Positions 14,801 to 23,788 of a stretch of 64,000 nt of DNA are shown here, in pieces (position 1 is the stretch's first letter; each line of letters opens with the position of its first letter). The translations under genes were made by a program, and so were the position numbers. The notes below the pieces were generated by a model. It ran no database searches and was not told the DNA's origin. It saw nothing but the letters and a program-made list of their open reading frames with translations. Location: NCBI GenBank assembly GCA_043228905.1, contig JBHGNT010000022.1, forward strand, positions 5,332,001 through 5,396,000, in the 5' to 3' direction. This stretch comes from Azolla caroliniana (Eukaryota; Plantae; Polypodiophyta).

Positions 14801-15212
14801 TCAGCTCGCGGAGCGTTTCGTTGGTGAAGGTGTGTCCTATACAGGCCGGATCTCGTAAGCTGGGGTCCGATGCAACCCCTTTGATTCGGGATTCGCTGCC
14901 CTCCGGTAAGGGCGCCGCAACTGGCCTCACCTTCCGGTCCACAGTCTTGTACTTGGTGCTAACTCGGGCCGTCCGTTCCGACTCGAGCCCTCGACCGAAG
15001 TCCGCGATGACTTCGTACATTTCTTCGGAACATACCGGTATCGTCCGGTCTTCGTTAAGGTCTTCTTCGACTACCTTCCCCAGCATTCCCAAGGTGTCGT
15101 CGAAGGAGACTGCCTCCACGGCTCCGTCGATTTCTTCGTCAGGGCCGAGAACTCCGCACGCCCGAAGTCTCCCCTCCGTCTTTGTTTTCTCTCGGCCGGC
15201 GATGCCGACCAT
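11856..15212 (-). pseudogene. pol: Pol (RT, RNase H, integrase) with one premature stop at 12444-12446
   Basis: ORFs 12444-15212 and 11856-12422 are in the same frame, joined across a TAG in a likely Trp codon (GN*PRLLPYALWADRTT). Motifs FIQDLQ, FLDD, VDTS...KRELWG, HRG...CESCQ, GPY. Confidence 0.9.
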
Positions 15213-15246
15213 CGTACATGCTCCGCTGTCGGAGAAGCAAAATTTC

Positions 15247-17481
15247 CTACCTATTGTACACGGTTTTATCGTACAGATGTGGGGTTTTCCCGGAGCATCC
15301 GGACTGTCGCGGCCCCACGCCTTGGCAGTCCTCTCTAAAAATCCTCTCGGTTTTGACCGAATGGCGGTTACGTTCGTGGTTCGGCCGTACCGTCAGAAAC
15401 TGGACCGAATGGCGCCCGTCTTGGCTTTTGACCCTCGCGTAGGCCGAACCATTGTCCAGGACCTTGGTCTCCATTCGTGCCGCCGTGATGTACGGCTCTC
15501 CCAGTACGACCGGATGCGAAGACGTCTCCTGCACGAAGAAGTGCTGGTCAATCTCGACGTCGCCGATCTTGACTCGCACACTCGGACAGGCCCCGTGCAG
15601 TTCCTCGGTGGCGCGCGTTGCTGCCCTTATTTTCCACCCGTGCTTGGTGTTGATCGGCCATTTGCCCTTCTTATAGAAGTCCATGGACATCAAATTGATC
15701 TCCGATCCGTGGTCCACCAAAGCTATCACCGGTTCCTGGACATCGCCGATCTTTACCGGGGTTTCCGTGGTCGCTCGGGCCCAGTGTGGTCTCGAATAGT
15801 GGCTTTCCGCCCACTCGTCTCCCAGCGCCATGTCGTCTAGGTGCGTCGTCCGCACTTCCACCGGTCTTTCCGGTTCTGTCTCCGTTGACAGCCTCTTCCG
15901 TTTCACCAAGTCCACGATGGAGTCGTGGAACTCCTTCTTGGCGATTCCCAGCACCTCTCGTAACGACAGCTCCACCTTGCTGTCGAGGATCCGTTCCTCC
16001 AGGACCTTTCGTAAGTCCGTGGTCCTTTCTATCTCCGTCCCCAGACGGTACCCGCCCTTCTGGGGTTTATCTTGCGTACCGGCCCCGCCGGCTTCGTCCC
16101 GTCGTGGCCCGGACCGGGTCTCGTATCGTTGTGAGGGCCCGGTCGTCCCGGGTTTCCCCACCCGCTTCTCTTCTACCAGAGCCTCGTAGTTCTGGCAAGC
16201 GGCTTCCACGAAGCCCGTCTTTTCCTCGACCGGGTCGCTCCACCCGGTCATCTCCCGTACCCGTTTCTCCGCACGGTCCGATTCCTCCCTTTTAAGCCTT
16301 GCACCGGCAAGGCCTTCCAGCATCGTCGGCCAGAATCCGGCTTTGCTTTCCCTTTGGGCCTCGCCGCCCCCGACTCGAATGCCGGCCGACGCCGAGTAGT
16401 GGACGGTTTCCGCGTGTCGGGCCGCCGCCTCTTCCATCAACCTTTTCATACCACCTCGCCCGTCGTTTCGGCTCAGGGCCCTCCGGGTGTCGCTGGCATG
16501 CACCCGTCCTTCCCACAGGTACACCACCCTGTTCCTCAGCGCCTCCGCGAAGTCGCCGCAGTCCTTCCGAATGTGGCCGACTTCATCGCACCACATGCAC
16601 CTGTTTCCTGCCGCCGGCCGTCGGTCACGAGCCGGTTCGCCACCTTCCCTTCGGACTTGCGCGATTTGGAGGTCCTTTATCGCCCTCGTCAATTCCTCCA
16701 GCGCCGCTCCTCCGGTTGGGCCTCTGACTGCGCCGGTCGAAGCCGAACCGGTTTCCAACCACTCTCGGGTCTCTTCCTTTCGCACCTGTGGCGCTGGTTC
16801 AAGCTTCCTTGCTGCGACCGAGCCCGACCCGGTTGCCCCGTTATCCGCCCATTCTCGCCGTTTGTCGAAACGGCCACAGACTTTCTTGACAGCCGCCGAG
16901 TCGGTAGTGAGCCCGTCTTCGGTTTCCAGCAAGAGGCCCACTTGCTCCCGATCCCGCTCGTCGACCGACTTGACAAACAGCAAGACCCGGCTCGTGTCCA
17001 GGATGGTTCGGTCGAGCGCCGAAAGGCGCGCAAAGTTTTCCTCGAACTCCCGGAGGAGTGCCGACGCGTTTCTTCCCTTCCCCGGGGACTCCACCCATTC
17101 CATGAACCTTCGCTTCGAAAGCCGGAGCGCGTCGTCCAGCCCGTATTTCTCTAGGAGCCGACCTTCGAACTCCTCCCAGGTACGGCTCTCCGCCCGCACC
17201 TCGAGCACCTCCGCATGGATGCTCGGCATCGCCACTCGGGGAAATCCGGCAAGACGCCTTTCTTCCGGAATGTCCCGCATCAGCATCTCTGCACCGTAGG
17301 ACGCCAAATACTTCGTGGCATCCTTCCCATCGAACCGGCCGATCGTGCCGACGACCGCCTCAATAGCTCTGTCGAGGGCACCAGTGCCCTCGCGCGCGTT
17401 TACAATCCGATCCACGGCCGAAGCCATGGCCTCTGCAAGATCCGACCCCCTCATCTTCTGCTCTTCTGCCGCCTCCTTCAC
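15247..17481 (-). CDS. gag: Gag-protease of nested gypsy
   Basis: 744-aa ORF; CMWCDEVGHIRKDC knuckle; ALVDHGSEINLM protease; first ATG near 17454. Confidence 0.9.
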   Translation of the reverse strand: MKEAAEEQKMRGSDLAEAMASAVDRIVNAREGTGALDRAIEAVVGTIGRFDGKDATKYLASYGAEMLMRDIPEERRLAGFPRVAMPSIHAEVLEVRAESRTWEEFEGRLLEKYGLDDALRLSKRRFMEWVESPGKGRNASALLREFEENFARLSALDRTILDTSRVLLFVKSVDERDREQVGLLLETEDGLTTDSAAVKKVCGRFDKRREWADNGATGSGSVAARKLEPAPQVRKEETREWLETGSASTGAVRGPTGGAALEELTRAIKDLQIAQVRREGGEPARDRRPAAGNRCMWCDEVGHIRKDCGDFAEALRNRVVYLWEGRVHASDTRRALSRNDGRGGMKRLMEEAAARHAETVHYSASAGIRVGGGEAQRESKAGFWPTMLEGLAGARLKREESDRAEKRVREMTGWSDPVEEKTGFVEAACQNYEALVEEKRVGKPGTTGPSQRYETRSGPRRDEAGGAGTQDKPQKGGYRLGTEIERTTDLRKVLEERILDSKVELSLREVLGIAKKEFHDSIVDLVKRKRLSTETEPERPVEVRTTHLDDMALGDEWAESHYSRPHWARATTETPVKIGDVQEPVIALVDHGSEINLMSMDFYKKGKWPINTKHGWKIRAATRATEELHGACPSVRVKIGDVEIDQHFFVQETSSHPVVLGEPYITAARMETKVLDNGSAYARVKSQDGRHSVQFLTVRPNHERNRHSVKTERIFREDCQGVGPRQSGCSGKTPHLYDKTVYNR

Positions 17482-17494
17482 GTCGGGTTCACCA
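17477..17494 (-). promoter_or_regulatory. 18-nt primer binding site complementary to tRNA-Trp
   Basis: Plus strand reads TTCACGTCGGGTTCACCA, the 3' end of plant cytosolic tRNA-Trp(CCA) as I recall it; 3 nt from the 5' LTR. Confidence 0.85.
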
Positions 17495-17497
17495 AGA

Positions 17498-18278
17498 TGT
17501 CAAGATATTATGCAAGTGCGTGTGGAAACGAGGCGGGACCGCGGGGGTCTCGAACCAAAGAGCAAGCGAGGGAGGAGAAAGAGAGAGAACCGGCTACGCA
17601 GGACCGGGGATACACAGGGACACGGCCCTTCAGCATGGAGAACGCGAACAGACACCGACACAGACAGATGCGAATGACTAAATATGTATATCAACAAAAA
17701 TGGCCAACACGACTACAACCCTCGATGGGGCACAGGCTGGTTACAACCGGACAGGCCGGCGAACAGATGCCGATGCCTGTTCGCTTCGACGCCAAAGGGG
17801 CGGCAGGTCGGAGGTGCTGCCGGAAGCACTCGGGCGTTCCTCGAAACAGCGCGAGCCTCCTCGGGACCCTGCACAGAAAGCTATGGAGCTCAAGAAGGAA
17901 GGGAACAGAGAGAGAAGCGTCCAGAAACGGTTCGACAACACTTCGTCCTCTCTGCGCTAGATCCCTGCAACAGCTCTTTCCTGCTCCTTATATAGGCCAA
18001 CGAGCAGGCCGTCATGTCAGCTTTATTCCCTGTCCCTTTTGAACAGGGATCCGCTCTGTTCTTCACGCATCCGCCGCCGACTCGTACAGTTCCTTAGCAC
18101 GCGCGCGCGACCGAAAAGACTGTTCGCGCGGTCATTGTCTCCACTTGTGCTAGGGCCCGTTCCTGCCAATTATCCTCCTAATTCGCTTCTATGTACAACT
18201 TGGAGCGTGCGCGCGTGAAGAACCGGTTCCCACGCCTTGGTGCGCCGATTCCGCTTATGGACGGTTTTCTTCACGACA
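17498..18278 (-). repeat. 5' LTR of nested gypsy (781 bp)
   Basis: TGTC...GACA; repeat of 11005-11785. Confidence 0.95.
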
Positions 18279-19271
18279 CCGTTCAAGCCACCGGCAATGA
18301 GAACGGGTAATCGTTATGTCATCGTGGCAACAGATTATTGCACTAAATGGGTGGAGGCTAAGGCCTTGAGAGACAACACCGCGTCTTCCACAGCAAAATT
18401 CCTGTACGAAAACATTTGGTGCCGATATGGATGTCCGATTGAATTAATCACCGACCAAGGAGGGTACTTCCTCGGCCAGGTAGTTGAAAGCTTAACAACG
18501 TTCTATGCCGTGGTCCATAAACGGAGCACACCGTACTACCCACAAGCAAACGGGTTAGCAGAGTCAACCAACAAAACGCTCCAGAACATTCTCCGCAAAA
18601 TCGTCAATGAAAACCGGACGGACTGGGATACAAAGCTCCATAGCGCGCTATGGGCGTACCGAACGGCATACAAAACAAGTATCCGGACAACGCCGTTCCG
18701 GTTAGCGTTCGGCTTAGAGGCGGTCATGCCGGTAGAATTTCAGGTACCAAGCTTACGGATCCAACTACGGGAACGGCTGAATGAAAAGGAGTCGGAGGAA
18801 ATGCGGCTAGCAGCACTATGCGAACTGGAGGAGCAACGGCTGGCCAGCATCCTACACATGGAACTGGAGCAACGAAGACGGAAAGCGTTCGTTGACCGTC
18901 ACCGGAAAGGTAATGAAAAGATGTTCGAAATCGGAAAGCCGGTGCTAGTATTCCAAACGAGGATGGGCAAGATGCCGGGTAAACTCTGGTTTAGATGGAC
19001 AGGCCCGTATTGGCTGACACGGGAATACAACGGGTCCTATCAGTTAGGGACACTTGCCGGTGAAGTGCTAGGAAAGTGGGTCAACGGATTTAGACTAAAG
19101 CCCTATAAAGGACCGATGCCAAATAACCCGTTTATGCAGCCCACCGGCACTATACCGGGAACGGTACGGATGGAAGAAAAAGACAACGGGGAACCTGTAG
19201 CAGAGGCAAAGGAAGACACGGCAACCCGTAAGGAAAACGGTAAGGGTCCGAAGGGACCTACGGATGTGTAA
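18279..19271 (+). CDS. pol: Integrase core and C-terminus of the 5693-22990 element
   Basis: ATDYCTKWVEA, ITDQG, YYPQANGLAE, WTGPY, VNGFRLKPY; continues the frame broken at 11004. Confidence 0.92.
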   Translation, partial: PFKPPAMRTGNRYVIVATDYCTKWVEAKALRDNTASSTAKFLYENIWCRYGCPIELITDQGGYFLGQVVESLTTFYAVVHKRSTPYYPQANGLAESTNKTLQNILRKIVNENRTDWDTKLHSALWAYRTAYKTSIRTTPFRLAFGLEAVMPVEFQVPSLRIQLRERLNEKESEEMRLAALCELEEQRLASILHMELEQRRRKAFVDRHRKGNEKMFEIGKPVLVFQTRMGKMPGKLWFRWTGPYWLTREYNGSYQLGTLAGEVLGKWVNGFRLKPYKGPMPNNPFMQPTGTIPGTVRMEEKDNGEPVAEAKEDTATRKENGKGPKGPTDV

Positions 19272-19665
19272 GATCACATACCGTCATTTATAATAAATAA
19301 ATAAAAAATAATAAAAAATAAAAAAAAATAAAAAAAAATCATTAAAAATCGAGGTATGAACGGACGTGAAAGCAAGGAGCGAAAAGGTACGTAGTGGGCA
19401 TTTAAGAGCCGCCACATTACTTAATACTAAATTGGTACACGACGTGCGCATGCTCGAAAAAGGCGCCAAGACGCACAGAGAAAAAGCAGAACGCATGGAG
19501 ACCTTTTCATTTCGCGAGCCAAGAAGCACAGAAGCACCAAGGCGGTGGAAGTTTAGCAAACGCGAACCTGCACTCAGAGAACCCCCACGTTCGGAACTCT
19601 CTCTCTCTCGCTCTCACTCTCATCACCACTCTACCTCGCCATCTTTCCTCGACCTCGAAGCAGAC

Positions 19666-22335
19666 ATGGACCCACAAACGCTGTCGAAAGCGGCTAGGAA
19701 ATGGCTCAGGCAACACGGACTGGATGGGTTCTTGACCATCATGGAGGCACCACCGCACAAAGAAGCCGACCGGGTCATCAAGGAGCTCGACACAGAAGTC
19801 ATCACCGAGGAAGCGATCCGTGCGCAAACAGGCCTTCCGGAGGGGGGTATTTTTCAGATCGATAACCCAACCTCGGAGCAACTCATCCGATATTTCGGTG
19901 AGTACTCTCTAGCCGGCAAAGGCTATCGAACGCAGGGCGGCGAAGATCCGCTATTCAGGGAGATAGCTCGAGTGCTACATGAGTACGGCCACGTGTACCC
20001 CCGACCCCCTGTCATGCCAAAAAATCGGGCAAGGATGATCATAGCCACCTATGAAGGGATCAAGGTGGATTGGACAGTGTTGATTGCAGACGGTTTGTGC
20101 GCGGCAATCGACACGGTACGAGGAAAGGACGGCAAGGAGGGCCGGAAGCTGTGGCATGCCGTAGCTCAGTGGATAACATTGCTCGCGCCGCCGGTCGAGA
20201 CCGTCAAGCCAAAGAAGCGGCCAAGATTATCGGAAGGAAGCACCTCGAAACCCGCGTCCAAACGACAGCAGCTGCTGGCGTCGAAGGCAACGAAAGGGAA
20301 GAAACGGCTCCCAGAACCGGAGGAGGTGTCACCGGTCCGACCCGTTAAGATAACCATACGGCGACCGGGACAGAAGGAACCGGAACCCTTGACGGCACAG
20401 ATACATGCCGTTACCCAGGAAGAGGAAACGGAGGAGCCAGTAGAGCACCTCCAACAACGGTCAAGAAGTAGGACCGCCGGGACAGCGGGGGAGCGTTCGT
20501 ACCCGCAAGAGGAAGAAATGCCCCCAACTCAACCTGAGCAAACCACAAGGGAGGAACCGGAACCGGTGCGTATAGAACCGGCCTTGTCGACTTCTATACA
20601 AGAAGTCATTCCAACGGCTCCGGAGACGGCGAGAACCGGAACTCAACAGCCGGCGAGCCCAGCCAGCACACACAGCGGCCAAGGAGTAGAACCAGAATGG
20701 CAGATACAGGCACTCAGGCCAGACAATTCCACAGTGAACGAGCCGACCCGACCAGTACAGCAGCAAGGCACCAGTAGCATGTGGCTACGGTGGGTAGGCG
20801 AGCAGATCGCCGGAGCGGTCGAGTACATAGAGGCGGAGGAGAGAGCGCATCACGAACGGTTGCTCGTCACAACCGTAGATCTAGAGACGGCCCGGTCCAG
20901 AATCCGGAGCCTTGAACAAGACTTGGACAGGGTCACAAGTGAAATGGCTCAATTGGCTTTGACAACACAAGTCCAAGCACCGGTGACTCCGGGCAATGTA
21001 CAGAATAAAGCGTCAGATCAACCTGTACATGGCAATCAGACCCCGGCAACGGAAACCGTTCCGGAGAGAAATGCGGCACAAGCCCAAGAGCTTGCGGACT
21101 TAAAGGATGAGCTAGCTGCCCAAGAAGCGCTGAGGAGCCGCGAAAGAGAGTTGAAGACGGCAGCGGAGGCAGAACTCAAAAAGACTGCTGAGAATCTACG
21201 CCGGGCCGAGGAGAGCTTACGAAAAGGCCACCAAGCGTACGACCGGCTCAAGGAGGAAAAGGAGAAAATGCTGCAAGAGAAGGACAGGCTCCGGAGAAAC
21301 GCCGAAACAGAAGTAGAGCGCCTGAAAGAGGAACTTCGGCAGCTAAAGGACCGGGAGGACCGGAACCATCGCCAGATCAACGGCAAGCTCAAACAAAAAA
21401 CGGAGGAATTTGAGCACTTGCACCGGGAGTATAAACGGTTGCAAACGGAGCACAAGGAACGGACGGATGAGCTCCGGCAAGCAGTTGATCGGACCGCAAC
21501 GGCATACGCTAATGAACAAGCGGAAACCAGAAGACGGTTGGAAGAGGCGGAGAAGGTTCGGACAGAGCTCCTCAGGCAACAGCAGGCGGAAAGAGAAAGA
21601 GCGGCGGAGGTACTGCAGAGGCTGCAGACAACATATCAAGGGCAGCTGATGCGCTACAGAGAGCAGGCGGAGGATACGGCTAATCTCATCAAGCAGTTGA
21701 AGGAGGAACGACAAGTTGTGGAAAGTAGAGCGCAAATGGGAGCAAGTCGCATCCAGGATATCATGCGGGCCTGGTTGAACCAGACCAAGAGCTTGATTGA
21801 CAACGGTTCCGTCAAATGGTGGACCAAGTGGGCCCCGAACGCGGCGGAACTCCAGTTGCTCCGGGCCGACGTAGAGAACCGGTGGAAGGAGGGAGATGAT
21901 TGCTATATGCTGACTTCCGAAGACTTCACCGGCATAAGAGATGAGCTGGCCGAAGACTTTCAAGCCTTGGCAGAGGACCAACTAGGGCAAGTCCGGCAAC
22001 TTGTAGCTCAGCTGGACGACGACAGGCTGGAGGCGCAGATCCAGTTTGAAAGCTACGAGAGGTCCCGGATCCGGGAAGAGAAAGCACGAGAACCAGTAAC
22101 GGTCAACCTCAGTGATGAGGAACCGTTACTGGAAGGAGACCGGACCGGAAGCAGTCAAACGGGGATGCCGGAGTCAGAGAAACAAACGGAGCAGCCGCCT
22201 ATAGAGCAGCCGGAGCAGTCTCAGTCCCAACCGCAACCACAGCAGCAGCAGCAAGCACAGCCGCAACAACCACAACCGGAACAACAATTGGAAACTCTGG
22301 AACAAAGTATTTTGGACAATTTGGGTGAACAATGA
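19666..22335 (+). CDS. Extra 3' ORF (~889 aa from MDPQ): globular N-terminal domain, basic NLS-like patches, long coiled coil, Q/P-rich tail; function unknown
   Basis: Uninterrupted frame 19366-22335 between pol and the 3' LTR; homologous C-terminal relic at 36776-37271. Start codon is inferred. Confidence 0.85.
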   Translation: MDPQTLSKAARKWLRQHGLDGFLTIMEAPPHKEADRVIKELDTEVITEEAIRAQTGLPEGGIFQIDNPTSEQLIRYFGEYSLAGKGYRTQGGEDPLFREIARVLHEYGHVYPRPPVMPKNRARMIIATYEGIKVDWTVLIADGLCAAIDTVRGKDGKEGRKLWHAVAQWITLLAPPVETVKPKKRPRLSEGSTSKPASKRQQLLASKATKGKKRLPEPEEVSPVRPVKITIRRPGQKEPEPLTAQIHAVTQEEETEEPVEHLQQRSRSRTAGTAGERSYPQEEEMPPTQPEQTTREEPEPVRIEPALSTSIQEVIPTAPETARTGTQQPASPASTHSGQGVEPEWQIQALRPDNSTVNEPTRPVQQQGTSSMWLRWVGEQIAGAVEYIEAEERAHHERLLVTTVDLETARSRIRSLEQDLDRVTSEMAQLALTTQVQAPVTPGNVQNKASDQPVHGNQTPATETVPERNAAQAQELADLKDELAAQEALRSRERELKTAAEAELKKTAENLRRAEESLRKGHQAYDRLKEEKEKMLQEKDRLRRNAETEVERLKEELRQLKDREDRNHRQINGKLKQKTEEFEHLHREYKRLQTEHKERTDELRQAVDRTATAYANEQAETRRRLEEAEKVRTELLRQQQAERERAAEVLQRLQTTYQGQLMRYREQAEDTANLIKQLKEERQVVESRAQMGASRIQDIMRAWLNQTKSLIDNGSVKWWTKWAPNAAELQLLRADVENRWKEGDDCYMLTSEDFTGIRDELAEDFQALAEDQLGQVRQLVAQLDDDRLEAQIQFESYERSRIREEKAREPVTVNLSDEEPLLEGDRTGSSQTGMPESEKQTEQPPIEQPEQSQSQPQPQQQQQAQPQQPQPEQQLETLEQSILDNLGEQ

Positions 22336-22387
22336 AGGGGCCGAGAAGGGTTCGACGTACAAGGTACTGTCCCACGGGTGTGCCATG

Positions 22388-22806
22388 TGTTACCGGCCGG
22401 CAAGAAGTCCAAAATACGGAGTGAAGGAATTAATTAAGTATGGTTGTAAATAAGCATAGTATGGACGGACGGACTGGAAACGGTATGCCGTTCTAGATCC
22501 GGACGGATCCCGAATAGGTGCGATAGGCACCGTTTTGTACTACGGACCGGAAACCTATTTAAAGGCCCGGAGCCCATTGTAATCGGAGCGGATAATTAAT
22601 AGAGCGTATGGTGTTTATACTTCTGTGTTGATTTCCGTTCTGTAATTACTGTTATATCTTACGCGTGTAATTAACAAAAAGCGCTCTAATCGTGTAACCT
22701 ACGTAAGTCGGTGTAATCGTTGAGTCATAATCCTATGCCGTAATCACCCTTTGGTGAAGTGTCTCCGCGACACCTTGTGTTAGGCCTTGTCCGGTCAGAG
22801 AACAAC
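22388..22806 (+). repeat. 3' LTR (lacks the terminal A)
   Basis: Direct repeat of 5693-6111. Confidence 0.95.
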
Positions 22807-22990
22807 TCCGGGCCTTTAAATAGGTTTCCGGTCCGTAGTACAAAACGGTGCCTATCGCACCTATTCGGGATCCGTCCGGATCTGGAACGGCATACCGTTT
22901 CCAGTCCGTCCGTCCATACTATGCTTATTTACAACCATACTTAATTAATTCCTTCACTCCGTATTTTGGACTTCTTGCCGGCCGGTAACA
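22806..22990 (-). repeat. Inverted copy of the first 185 bp of the LTR, forming the element's right end
   Basis: Reverse complement of 5693-5877; ends CCGGTAACA directly before TSD TTGCA. Confidence 0.95.
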
Positions 22991-23788
22991 TTGCACACTG
23001 TAGAGGAATTCTTCGATCATCGAGTCCTCTAGAGAGAAGATTTCTCTTGATCAAGAGGCGCCACCATTGATTTGGTTGTCGATTGGAGAGCGGTGTCCTA
23101 TCGTCCTAGATTCCGCTCAGATCGCCGACCCCTCTCTTTTCTCTTGATTGACCAGCAGTCGGAAACAATGAGTGCAAAAATCACCTGGCCGGCTATGTCT
23201 CGACTTCGACCGCAATTGGTCTCCTCTCGTTTTCGAAAAATTGGTATTCCAACCGGTTTTGTCAGCTTGTTCTCTCGATCAACTCGGTCGAGTGGTGGGC
23301 TTCTGTCGACTCGTTGATGGTGAGTCCCATCGATTTTCGCTGAATACCCTCAGTGAGGACTTGTCCTATTGTTTCATCTAAGTTTAGATTTGGACAACTA
23401 TTGGCAAATGTCATGAAGAATACCTCCCAACTCGTTGGCAAGCTTGAGAGGAGGGTAAAGGCTTTCACGTCTTCTTCAAAGTTGATCCCTTGGGAGGAGA
23501 GTTCAAACAACCCTCAATTGAAGGTGTTGATGTGGGAGGTTGTTGGATCGGTCTCTCTAATCTTCATGTTTAATAGTTGTCGAATCAATATCAGTTTTGA
23601 AGTTGAGGACTTCTTCTCATATACAACCTACAGCTTCTCCCACAACGAGAATGTTGTCTTCTCTTTTGCCATTGTCATGAACATCGACTCGAATTTGAGC
23701 CTTAGGTTCTTGTATATATATATTTCTCCTAAAAACACTTTAGACTTTAAACCTTTGTATAAAGATTGGTATGTAAGACTCAACATAT

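Larger units (their letters stand above)
11005..18278 (-). mobile_element. Nested, near-intact Ty3/gypsy LTR retrotransposon (tRNA-Trp primed, GC-rich)
   Basis: LTRs 11005-11785 and 17498-18278 (about 10 substitutions in 781 bp by eye); TSD CCGT or CCGTT at 11001 and 18279; host integrase frame GP|FKP rejoins; PPT at 11786-11797. Confidence 0.95.
5693..22990 (+). mobile_element. Young non-chromoviral (Athila/Tat-like) Ty3/gypsy LTR retrotransposon with extra 3' ORF and inverted right terminus
   Basis: TSD TTGCA at 5688-5692 and 22991-22995; LTRs 5693-6112 and 22388-22806 (3 substitutions seen by eye); gag-PR-RT-RH-IN order; no chromodomain. Confidence 0.95.

Noticed and set aside
12484-17299. 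Many long plus-strand ORFs (e.g. 14629-15840)
   Set aside because: Antisense shadows of GC-rich gag-pol with no recognisable motifs.
17477-17494. tRNA-Trp gene
   Set aside because: Only the 3' 18 nt including CCA are present, next to an LTR: it is a primer binding site.
11005-18278. Nested element's LTRs look slightly more diverged than its host's
   Set aside because: About 10/781 versus 3/419 by eye is within sampling noise and CpG-rich mutation bias.
22348-22385. tRNA-like element (GGTTCGA...CCA)
   Set aside because: No T-stem or acceptor-stem pairing; kept only as a conserved hairpin.
5693-22990. DIRS-like element because of inverted terminal repeats
   Set aside because: It encodes a DDE integrase and protease, has direct LTRs and a 5-bp TSD, and no tyrosine recombinase.
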